Shown: in pieces, positions 1 to 7,747 of the stretch
Numbering within the stretch: position 1 is the stretch's first letter
Layout of the letters: the number at the start of each line of letters is the position of its first letter
Origin: a virus
Taxonomy: Duplodnaviria; Caudoviricetes
Length of the DNA stretch: 25,870 nucleotides
Virus record (IMG/VR): IMGVR_UViG_3300025018_000493
Coordinates: 1 to 25,870 of that record
Strand: one strand, 5' to 3'
Position numbers and translations under genes: made by a program
Notes under the pieces: model-generated
Told to the model about the DNA's origin: nothing
Databases searched by the model: none
The model's input: only the letters and a program-made list of their open reading frames with translations

Positions 1-59
1 CCGAACTTCCTGTAAGACCAAAAGTAAAACGCATCACTTGGGGGGGCTCGGTGATGGTT

Positions 60-542
60 ATGGGACGAAAAGTGATCCCGATCGCGATAAAACAGGCTAG
101 GGGGACACACCGGCCCTGTCGAGATCGGGAAACTTACGTGGCGTCTTCAAAGAGACCGCTGCCGCCTGTCTGGTTGAACCGGCGAGCTGTGGGGATCTTT
201 CGGCACATGGTGCGGCGCCTCGAGGCGGTTGGGTTGGCTTCTGGGACACATACGGAAGCGCTGGCGCTTTTAGCCTGTCACATGGAAGAGGTTGAGCGGT
301 TCGACAAGATATTGAACGAGGTGGTTACCGTGGGTGGGGAACAACAAAACAACTACGTCTATAAGACAAACACCGCTACGGGGGCGGTTATCTTAAAGGA
401 AAACCCGGTGGTACGGCTGCGTGATAAGGCGGCGCGGCGCGTTCACTCACTGCTCACCGAGTTTGGTTTGACTCCAGCTTCCTCACAAAAGATCGGCGCG
501 AAGAAACAACTCAAGGGTAAGAATGAATTTGATGGTTTTTAG
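60..542 (+). CDS. terS: Phage terminase small subunit (P27-family-like)
   Basis: N-terminus MGRKVIPIAIKQARGT; C-terminal ENPVVRLRDKA...LLTEFGLTPASSQKI matches the NP....EFGLTP-SR pattern of P27-type small terminases. Abuts the large terminase. Start could be 51, 54 or 60. Confidence 0.88.
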   Translation: MGRKVIPIAIKQARGTHRPCRDRETYVASSKRPLPPVWLNRRAVGIFRHMVRRLEAVGLASGTHTEALALLACHMEEVERFDKILNEVVTVGGEQQNNYVYKTNTATGAVILKENPVVRLRDKAARRVHSLLTEFGLTPASSQKIGAKKQLKGKNEFDGF

Positions 543-2276
543 ATGACATACGTTGAGATCGCCGACAAGTATTGTGGTGACGTGCTTAGCGGAACGATCC
601 CGGCAGGAAACCTGGTAAAGCTCGCGTGTCGTCGTCACCTGAGAGACATCGCGCGCCAGGGTGATTCAGATTTTCCATATACATTTAACCCGGTGTTGAA
701 GAACGGCAGGGGAAAGCCCTACCGTCCTGCGGAACGGCGGTGTTCTTTCTCGGAGAAACTTACTCACGTTAAGGGAAAGTGGGCCGGGAAGAAGCTGAAA
801 CTCTCCCCGTATCAGGTCTTCATCCGGTGTGCTATTTGGGGGTGGGTCCGTAAGAAGGACGGCAAGCGGCGCTTCAATACCACATACATTGAGATCCCGC
901 GGAAGAACGGAAAGTCGATAGACGGGGCAGATGCGGGACTTTACATGCTGGCGGTAGACGGGGAAAAGGGTGCCGAGGTGTACTCGGGGGCTACCTCTGA
1001 GAAGCAAGCGCTGGAAGTCTTTCGACCCGCGTGGCAGATGGCAAACAATGCACCGAACCTTCGCGATCACTTTGGGATCTCTCTCTCGGGAAACCCAAAG
1101 AACCCGACGTGCATCTACCAGCTTTCCGACATGTCGCGGTTTGAACCGATCATCGGAAAACCAGGTGAGGGGTCGTCACCCCACCTTGCCATCATCGATG
1201 AGTATCATGAGCACCGGACCGCCGAGCAGTACGACGCGATGGAGACTGGCATGGGGGCGCGGGAGCAGCCGCTCATGCTGGTCATCACAACGGCCGGCAC
1301 GGACACCTCAACACCCTGCTATGACCTGCACGTTCGAGCGGTGAAGGTCTTGGAAGGGACGATTGAGGACGAGTCGTTCTTTGCCATCATCTACGGGATT
1401 GATGCCGAGGACGACTACCGGGATTTTGAGAACTGGAAAAAGGCGAACCCGAACTACAACGTGTCGGTGAACGCGGATTACTTGCAACGGAAATACCGCG
1501 AGTCCCTGACCAACGTCAGCAAGCAGAACATTAACTTCTGCAAGCACCTGAACAGGTGGATGAACGCCGGGGTCGCCTGGATGAACATGACAAAGTGGGC
1601 GGCCTGCGAGGACAAGTCGTTGCGCTTTGAAGATTTCAAGGGGCAGACCTGCTACGCCGCGCTAGACCTCGCGAGCAAGATCGATGTCTGCGCGGCGGTG
1701 TTTATCTTCGAGATGGAGCGGGGGTTCGCCACCTTCGGGAAGTACTACCTGCCGGAAGACACGGTCCAACTCGCGGGGAACGAGCACTATGCCAAGTGGG
1801 TGAAGGAGGGCTGGATCACCGAGACCTCCGGTGCCCGGACGGATTTCAAGTACATCGAGGACGACCTGAAGGTGCTCCATGCGGATTGCCCGATCGTGGA
1901 ACTTGGGTACGATCCCCGTGAAGCGACCTACCTGATCAACAACGTGGCCGAGTGGCTGGGCGTGGAGCGGTGCGTGGAGATCAACCAGGGACCGGCGCTG
2001 ATGAGTGAACCGATGAAGGAACTGGAGGCGCGGGTCGCTGACCAGAAGCTGTGGCACAATGGTGACCCGGTGATGACGTGGATGATGGGGAACGTCGTCA
2101 AGAAGCAGGGGCGGCAGTCCGGGCCGGTTAAGTACTACTACCCGACGAAAGAGAAAGCAGAGTTTAAGATCGACGGGCCGGTCGCCATGATTATGGCCCT
2201 ATCGAGGGCGATGCTGAAGCAGGGTCCGGCGGTCTCAGCATGGGAGCTTCCCGAAGCGCAAGTCCTGACGTTCTGA
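543..2276 (+). CDS. terL: Phage terminase large subunit (Terminase_1 / HK97-like cos-phage type)
   Basis: Walker A IPRKNGKS, Walker B AIIDEYHEH, coupling motif ITTAG, WKKANPN, nuclease acidic residues LDLASKID and KIDGPVA. Confidence 0.97.
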   Translation: MTYVEIADKYCGDVLSGTIPAGNLVKLACRRHLRDIARQGDSDFPYTFNPVLKNGRGKPYRPAERRCSFSEKLTHVKGKWAGKKLKLSPYQVFIRCAIWGWVRKKDGKRRFNTTYIEIPRKNGKSIDGADAGLYMLAVDGEKGAEVYSGATSEKQALEVFRPAWQMANNAPNLRDHFGISLSGNPKNPTCIYQLSDMSRFEPIIGKPGEGSSPHLAIIDEYHEHRTAEQYDAMETGMGAREQPLMLVITTAGTDTSTPCYDLHVRAVKVLEGTIEDESFFAIIYGIDAEDDYRDFENWKKANPNYNVSVNADYLQRKYRESLTNVSKQNINFCKHLNRWMNAGVAWMNMTKWAACEDKSLRFEDFKGQTCYAALDLASKIDVCAAVFIFEMERGFATFGKYYLPEDTVQLAGNEHYAKWVKEGWITETSGARTDFKYIEDDLKVLHADCPIVELGYDPREATYLINNVAEWLGVERCVEINQGPALMSEPMKELEARVADQKLWHNGDPVMTWMMGNVVKKQGRQSGPVKYYYPTKEKAEFKIDGPVAMIMALSRAMLKQGPAVSAWELPEAQVLTF

Positions 2277-2285
2277 GGAGATAAG

Positions 2286-2486
2286 ATGAAAACTGCCGAG
2301 GCCGTTCGGTCCCTGGTGGGGAGGGTGAGAGCGGGGTTTGACGTCCGCGACCTGATCGTCCTGTGCGGTCTGGTGCTGTTTGGGTACGGCCTGTACCTGC
2401 TCCAACCGTGGGTATCATTCACCGTGTGCGGAGCGCTGATCCTGGCGGGAGGCATCTTGATGGAGCGGAAACATGGGACTCGTTGA
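2286..2486 (+). CDS. Small membrane protein (two hydrophobic segments) between terminase and portal
   Basis: GAGGAG RBS upstream; LIVLCGLVLFGYGLYLL and VSFTVCGALILAGGILM. Similar small hydrophobic ORFs often sit at this position in HK97-like operons. Confidence 0.7.
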   Translation: MKTAEAVRSLVGRVRAGFDVRDLIVLCGLVLFGYGLYLLQPWVSFTVCGALILAGGILMERKHGTR

Positions 2487-3696
2487 CCGCCTTCGGCCAC
2501 AAGCTTCTCGGAGCATGTCTCCGACAGACGACCAGTGGTATTCTCCGGGCGGGGCGTTCTTCGGCGGTGCTGTTCCGACTTCAACCGGGGTGCCGGTAAA
2601 CTCCGACTCTGCCCTGCGTCTCTCAACGGTGCAGAGCTGCGTGCGGGTGCGCGCCTTCACGATCGCGATGCTGCCCTGTCACCTGATCGAGGTGGGTACG
2701 AAAGCCAGGGCTACGAACTACCAGCTCTATGAGCAGTTGCACGACCAACCGAACCCATGGATGACGGCTTGGGACTTCTGGGGCATGTGCGAGGCGCATG
2801 TCTGTCTCCGGGGAAACTTTTACGTCTACAAGGTAGGCCTTCCCGGCCGGCCGGTCCAGATGCTCGTTCCTCTTAGCGGAGATCGGGTCCAGCGCGTTGA
2901 GCAGCACGAGGATTACACGCTGACTTATCACGTGCGGGTCGGGGGCGAGGTGGTGCGGGTCCCGGGCGAGCGGATCATGCACTTCCGGGGGCTCACCCTG
3001 GACGGGGTAAATGGAGTGAATCCGATCGAGTACGCGCGGGAGACGATCGGGCTGGGGATGGCGAGCACGGAGTTCCTCGGCCGGTACTTCGGCCGTGGCT
3101 TGCACCCCGGGGCGGTGATCAAGCACCCGCTGTCGCTTAGTACCCAGGCGCATGCGAACTTGAAACAGGCTCTTACCGAGAAGTACGCGGGCCTGGGCAA
3201 GACGCACGAGCTGATGCTGATCGACGAAGGGATGGACATCGAGTTCCCGAAGGTGACGCTCGTGGACGCGCAGTTCCTCGACCAGATGAAGTTCAGCGAG
3301 GCGCAGGTCTGTGGACTGTTCCGCGTGCCGTTGATGCTCATCCAGAGCGGGGACAAGGCACCCACGTACGCGTCGGCTGAAGAGTTTACCCGGTCGTTTG
3401 CGATGTTCGGGATTACACCGGACGTTGTGAACTACGAGAAGGTCATCCGGCGTGACCTGCTGTCGCCCGAGGAGAGGAAGTTATACTACCCGAAGTTCTC
3501 CCTGGACGCGTTGCAGCGAGCCAACTTCCTCGACCGGATGCAGGGGTATCAGATCGGCGTGAACGCCGAGATCATCAACCCGAACGAGGCGAGAGAGCTG
3601 GAAGACAAGCCGCCGTACGCGGGCGGGAATACGTACCGCACGAGGACGAGCACGGTTAAAGAAGCGAAACCACCGGACGGGGGTAAGAAAAGATGA
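2473..3696 (+). CDS. Phage portal protein, HK97 family
   Basis: ALRLSTVQSCV, LHDQPNPWMTAWDF, LRGNFY, IMHFRGLTLDGVNGVNPI, DAQFLDQMKF..QVCGLFRVP, INPNEARELED; position after terL. Confidence 0.96.
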   Translation: MGLVDRLRPQASRSMSPTDDQWYSPGGAFFGGAVPTSTGVPVNSDSALRLSTVQSCVRVRAFTIAMLPCHLIEVGTKARATNYQLYEQLHDQPNPWMTAWDFWGMCEAHVCLRGNFYVYKVGLPGRPVQMLVPLSGDRVQRVEQHEDYTLTYHVRVGGEVVRVPGERIMHFRGLTLDGVNGVNPIEYARETIGLGMASTEFLGRYFGRGLHPGAVIKHPLSLSTQAHANLKQALTEKYAGLGKTHELMLIDEGMDIEFPKVTLVDAQFLDQMKFSEAQVCGLFRVPLMLIQSGDKAPTYASAEEFTRSFAMFGITPDVVNYEKVIRRDLLSPEERKLYYPKFSLDALQRANFLDRMQGYQIGVNAEIINPNEARELEDKPPYAGGNTYRTRTSTVKEAKPPDGGKKR

Positions 3697-4571
3697 GGCC
3701 GACCTATCGCAACGCTAAGAACGCACAGGCCGTTTCCCGGTTCTGGGGGAAGTCGCTGGAAAAGCCGGACTGGTACTCGGTGAAGGCGCAGTCAGACGAC
3801 GAGGCCGAGATCATGATCTACGACGTCATCGGCTGGCCCTACAACGATGCGACTGAGTTGGTTCGCGCGATCAACGGGATCAAGGCGAAGACGATCTTGG
3901 TGCGGATCAACTCTCCCGGCGGCGACGTGTTCGACGGCACGGCGATCTTCAACGCGCTGGCGAACCATTCCTCCCGGGTAGTGACCCGTGTCGAGGGGGT
4001 CGCTGCGTCGATGGGCTCGGTGCTGGCGATGGCCGGTAAGGAGGTCCAGGCGTACTCGAACACCATGCTGATGATCCACGATCCTTGGGTCCTGACGATG
4101 GGGAACTACCACGACTTGCGGGAGACCGCCGATCTCTTGGAGAAGATCGGCGGAAACCTGTTGGACATCTACCTCGGAAAGACGAAGACCGGGAAGAAAG
4201 AGATGAAGCAGATGATGGCCGACGAGACGTGGATGACGGCCAAGGAAGCCGAGGAGAAAGGTTTCGTCGACACCGTGCTGACCTCCGGTAAGGCGGTTAA
4301 GGCTCAGTTCGACCTGTCGATGTTCTCAAACGTTCCTGACTTACTCGCTCGGGAGGCGCGTCGCACGCCGACGGATCGCGAGTTGGAGAAGGCCCTGCGG
4401 GACGCAGGGGTTTCTCGTTCTGAGGCCAAGGCCCTGCTAGCGGGACGCCAGCAGGACCCCGAGGCGGAGACACTCCCTGCGGGACGCAGGGAGGAGACCG
4501 CGGTTGAGGAATGCGCTGGGATTGCGGCACTGGCAACAAAAATGACAACGCTATATCAACCTTGGAGGTGA
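3693..4571 (+). CDS. ClpP-like (S14) prohead maturation protease
   Basis: RINSPGGDVFDG, AASMGS (catalytic Ser), MIHDP (His), ETWMTAKEAEEKGFVD; ATGA overlap with portal. Confidence 0.95.
   Translation: MRPTYRNAKNAQAVSRFWGKSLEKPDWYSVKAQSDDEAEIMIYDVIGWPYNDATELVRAINGIKAKTILVRINSPGGDVFDGTAIFNALANHSSRVVTRVEGVAASMGSVLAMAGKEVQAYSNTMLMIHDPWVLTMGNYHDLRETADLLEKIGGNLLDIYLGKTKTGKKEMKQMMADETWMTAKEAEEKGFVDTVLTSGKAVKAQFDLSMFSNVPDLLAREARRTPTDRELEKALRDAGVSRSEAKALLAGRQQDPEAETLPAGRREETAVEECAGIAALATKMTTLYQPWR
4393..4493 (+). repeat. Three GCG-GGA-CGC-cored inverted repeats inside the protease 3' end
   Basis: CCCTGCG-GGA-CGCAGGG (4393-4409); CCTGCTaGCG-GGA-CGCcAGCAGG (4433-4455); CTCCCTGCG-GGA-CGCAGGGAG (4473-4493). 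Confidence 0.85.
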
Positions 4572-4577
4572 CGGGAG

Positions 4578-5900
4578 ATGGAAGAGCTTAAGAAGTTACT
4601 GGAGGCGCTCGCGAAGGCTCAGGAAGACTTCCGGGCAGCGACGGAGGAACGGTTCGAGGCGATCGAGCAGAAGGGACACGCGGACCCGCTGCTGACGGAA
4701 CAGGTCATGAAGATCGCGCAGGATGTGGGGAAGTTGGAGGGCCAGATCCAGGCCAAGACGCAGCAGCTCGACGCCGTCGAGAAGGCGGTCGCCTTGGCCG
4801 CCGCTCCTCCGGGGGGCGGGGGGAACAGGACGCCTCGGGTGTATTCTTCGATCGGGCACCAGCTGCTCGACGTGGCACGGGCGGCGAACCCGGACGTTTC
4901 CGGGAGCGCTCGCGCGGAGGCGATCGGCCGTCTCAGCAAGGTCCGCGCGGCGGCGACCGGCGCGAACGAGGGGATCCCGTCTGAAGGCGGGTTCCTCGTC
5001 GAGAAGGACATGTCCAACGTGTTGAGCGAGGCGGCCATCGCAACCGGCCTGCTCTCGCGGCGCTGCTTCCACATCCCGATCAGCGCGAACGCCAACGGGC
5101 TCAAGGCGAACCTGATGGACGAGACGAGCCGGGCGAACGGCTCGCGGTACGGCGGCATCCAGGTCTACCACGCTGCCGAGGCCGCCACCGTCACGGCGAC
5201 GAAGCCGAAGTGGCGGAAGTTCGAGATGGAACTGCACAAGCTCTTCGGCCTGATGTACGCGACCGACGAGCTGTTGCAGGACGCGACGGCGCTGTCAGCG
5301 CTGGTCAACCGCTGGTTCCCGGGCGAGTTCGGGTTCAAGCTGGATGACGTGATCGTCAGCGGTTCGGGAGCCGGCCAGGGACTCGGTATCCTCAACTCCG
5401 GGGCCACCGTCTCGGTGCCAAAAGAGACGGGGCAGGCCGCGGCAACCGTGGCGTTTGAGAACATCGTCAAGATGGACGCGAGGCTCTTGGACTCCTCGGA
5501 GAACTCCGCGATCTGGCTCATCAACCGGGACATCAAGCCTTCCCTGGCGACCATGACCCTGGCCGTGGGGACGGGCGGGGTGCCGGTGTACCTGCCGGCG
5601 AACGCCGCGGCAGGCCGGCCGTTCAACACGCTCTACGGGCGCGAGATGCTCTCCGTCGAGCAGTGCTCGACGCTGGGCACCGTCGGCGACATCATCCTCG
5701 CGGACCTGAACGAGATGGTGTTCATCGACAAGGGCGGCATCCAGTCGGCGGTATCCATCCACGTGCAGTTCATCTACGATGAGCAGGTCTTCCGGTGGAC
5801 GTATCGCTACGACTGCCAGCCGCTCCGGAAGTCGCCGTTGACCCCTTATAAGGGTAGCAACACGCGTGGGCCGTTCGTGACCGTGGCAACTCGTTCATAA
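4578..5900 (+). CDS. Major capsid protein, HK97 fold, with N-terminal coiled-coil (delta/scaffold) region
   Basis: Helical N-terminal ~75 aa, SEGGFLVEKD, AAEAATVTATKPKW, LHKLFGLMYATDELLQDA, GSGAGQGLGILNS, TLYGREM, GDIILADL; GGAGG RBS; position after protease. Confidence 0.96.
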   Translation: MEELKKLLEALAKAQEDFRAATEERFEAIEQKGHADPLLTEQVMKIAQDVGKLEGQIQAKTQQLDAVEKAVALAAAPPGGGGNRTPRVYSSIGHQLLDVARAANPDVSGSARAEAIGRLSKVRAAATGANEGIPSEGGFLVEKDMSNVLSEAAIATGLLSRRCFHIPISANANGLKANLMDETSRANGSRYGGIQVYHAAEAATVTATKPKWRKFEMELHKLFGLMYATDELLQDATALSALVNRWFPGEFGFKLDDVIVSGSGAGQGLGILNSGATVSVPKETGQAAATVAFENIVKMDARLLDSSENSAIWLINRDIKPSLATMTLAVGTGGVPVYLPANAAAGRPFNTLYGREMLSVEQCSTLGTVGDIILADLNEMVFIDKGGIQSAVSIHVQFIYDEQVFRWTYRYDCQPLRKSPLTPYKGSNTRGPFVTVATRS

Positions 5901-5932
5901 CCCATCAACAAAGGCCAAAGGGAGGAAATGAC

Positions 5933-6406
5933 ATGTTAGCGGAAAACTATAAGATCGTACCGATCATGAACAGCGCGGACGTTTCCACCGGAACGGACTG
6001 CGACAGCATCAACATGTCCGGTGCCCACAAGGCGACCTTGATCTTCACGTTCGGGGCCGTCACCACGGACATCACGTTCACGCCGAAGAGCGGCGCAACG
6101 GAAGGTGCAAAGACGACCGCCGTTCCTACGAAGTACGCCGCAGGTGGGGCGGTGATCGGCACGGCGGTCGCGGACAGCACGGCGTCCTGTGACGTCCTCA
6201 CGGCGTGGGCTGCCAGCACCACCACGATCAGCCTTGTGGCGGCTTCCAACAAGTTCATGGTCGTGGAGATCAACGCCGCGGATATGGCCTCGGGCGAGGA
6301 GTGGCTGACCGTGACGGTCGCCGCCGGCACTGGTGGCATCTGCCATGCGGTTGCGATCTTGGAGCCTCGTTACTCCAGCAACCGTTCCGGCACTGTTTTG
6401 AAGTAA
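5933..6406 (+). CDS. Probable capsid cement/decoration protein (jelly-roll, Bbp16-like)
   Basis: Immediately after the capsid gene with a strong GGGAGG RBS. Beta-rich small-residue sequence (DSINMSGAHKATLIFTFG ... VVEINAADM..GEEWLTV ... AILEPRY) resembles post-capsid cement proteins. Confidence 0.6.
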   Translation: MLAENYKIVPIMNSADVSTGTDCDSINMSGAHKATLIFTFGAVTTDITFTPKSGATEGAKTTAVPTKYAAGGAVIGTAVADSTASCDVLTAWAASTTTISLVAASNKFMVVEINAADMASGEEWLTVTVAAGTGGICHAVAILEPRYSSNRSGTVLK

Positions 6407-6416
6407 ATCACCTGAC

Positions 6417-6476
6417 GGGGCGGTCCTTCGGGGCCGCCCCCCTGATCCTTTCATCCGAGAGGATGGCCGAGAGGCC
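6417..6476 (+). promoter_or_regulatory. Intergenic stem-loop cluster (UUCG hairpin plus two GAGA-tetraloop hairpins)
   Basis: GGGGCGGTCC-TTCG-GGGCCGCCCC (6417-6440), CATCC-GAGA-GGATG (6452-6465), GGCC-GAGA-GGCC (6465-6476). Confidence 0.65.
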
Positions 6477-6490
6477 GGAAGGAGTAGAAG

Positions 6491-7231
6491 ATGAGCACGA
6501 AATCCAAGTGGATCAACGGCATCTTGACGTTTTTCGATGGTGGTACTTTCGAGACGGTGAGGCCCCTCGCGCCGTTCGTGTTCGAGGATGACTTCGAGGG
6601 CACGGTCATCAGGACCACGGCGGCAGGCGTCGCGGGCTGGACCGTGAAAGATACCAGCGCGGTCGGGGTGGCCCTCCCTGCGATCCTGGTGAACCAGCCC
6701 GGCGGTGTGGTCCGCCTTTTGTTGGATGCACAGAGCGAGAAACAAGAATCGGGACTGTATCTCGGCGATGCCTTGAACTTCAACATCGACAAGGGTCCGA
6801 TCTTCGAGTGCCGCGTGAATGTTGCTGTCCTCCCGACGGGGCAGGCCGAGGTTTACTTCGGGCTCGCGAACGCCTACGTCGAGGGGCCGATCGCAGAGGC
6901 GGATGCGGGGCCGACGGTCCACGCTTTCTTCTGCCTGGACGGTGCGGGCGCGGTCACGGTGCATACCGACGATACATCGAACGACAACGATGCCGTTGCT
7001 ACCGGCGTCACCGCCGTGGCAGGGACGTACAACATCTTCCGGATCGACATGACTACCCCGGCATCCGTGAAGTTCTACATCGACGGTGTTGGGGTTGCGA
7101 CGGGTACGACCTTTGACATGAGCACGGGGACGAACGTTGTCCTTCAGCCGTTCCTGATGGCCCACAAGGAAGCGGGGACCGGACTCGGGACGGCGGACGT
7201 TGACTACGTGCGGGTGTGGAGTCCTCGGTAA
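6491..7231 (+). CDS. Probable head-associated protein with concanavalin/LamG-like beta-sandwich
   Basis: FEDDFEG near the N-terminus, YNIFRID...VKFYIDGVGVATG, C-terminal ADVDYVRVW; GAAGGAG RBS; position in head cluster. Confidence 0.6.
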   Translation: MSTKSKWINGILTFFDGGTFETVRPLAPFVFEDDFEGTVIRTTAAGVAGWTVKDTSAVGVALPAILVNQPGGVVRLLLDAQSEKQESGLYLGDALNFNIDKGPIFECRVNVAVLPTGQAEVYFGLANAYVEGPIAEADAGPTVHAFFCLDGAGAVTVHTDDTSNDNDAVATGVTAVAGTYNIFRIDMTTPASVKFYIDGVGVATGTTFDMSTGTNVVLQPFLMAHKEAGTGLGTADVDYVRVWSPR

Positions 7232-7244
7232 CCAACTATTTGAC

Positions 7245-7275
7245 GGGGTCGGTCTTCCCGACGGCCCCTTTGTTT
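7245..7275 (+). terminator. Probable intrinsic terminator
   Basis: GGGGTC-G-GTC-ttccc-GAC-GGCCCC stem followed by TTTGTTT, just after the stop of 6491..7231. Confidence 0.55.
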
Positions 7276-7291
7276 CCCCGGAGGGGATGAG

Positions 7292-7738
7292 ATGAAAAAG
7301 TACCTCGTTGCAATTTCGATCCTTGCAATCTTCGCCGGGGTGGTCTACGCCGCGGATTCGTCGTCCATCGCGTATCGCGGGAACGATGCCATCCCAGATC
7401 GGTTCGGCGGGGTGATGCCGCTGGCGGGCAAGACTCCACGGACGACGATGATCTACGTCGATAATACCGCCAGTACGATTTCTACGCTCGTGGCAAGGGA
7501 CGGCGGGACGTATTTGGGCGGGTCCGATAACACGTTGACCCCCATAGCAGCCACCATCTCCTGCCCCACAACCGCGACGCGCTGGTCGTTCCAGACGACA
7601 CCCTCCGCAACGGTTGGTCATGTTCTCCCCGCGGACGGTTCGTGGCAGGTGTCGGGTCCGGACGCCATCGGGTATCTGAAGGGTTATGGGAACGCGGCTT
7701 CTGACAACGTTACCTGCGCCGTGACGCTCTGGTACTAG
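7292..7738 (+). CDS. Signal-peptide-bearing small beta protein in head module (putative decoration protein)
   Basis: MKKYLVAISILAIFAGVVYA|AD is a Sec signal peptide. ATISC...TRWSFQTTPSATVGHVLPADG resembles small phage head-region proteins. 2 Cys; GGAGGGG RBS. Confidence 0.7.
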   Translation: MKKYLVAISILAIFAGVVYAADSSSIAYRGNDAIPDRFGGVMPLAGKTPRTTMIYVDNTASTISTLVARDGGTYLGGSDNTLTPIAATISCPTTATRWSFQTTPSATVGHVLPADGSWQVSGPDAIGYLKGYGNAASDNVTCAVTLWY

Positions 7739-7747
7739 GAGACGCCC

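Noticed and set aside
1-59. Possible cos site near the G7 run upstream of terS
   Set aside because: The position is plausible for this terminase type, but there is too little upstream sequence to identify a cut site.
2286-2486. Holin call for the small membrane protein
   Set aside because: No adjacent endolysin or spanin; its position between terL and portal is a common site for an uncharacterised membrane ORF.
4393-4493. Mini-CRISPR interpretation of the three palindromic repeats
   Set aside because: Repeats are only 17-23 nt with about 20-nt gaps, the middle copy differs, they lie within a coding region, and there are no cas genes or leader.
6411-6490. Possible hammerhead or other self-cleaving ribozyme in the three-hairpin region
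   Set aside because: CTGAC/CTGAT are present but not the CUGANGA plus GAAA core, and the helices are serial, not arranged around a junction.
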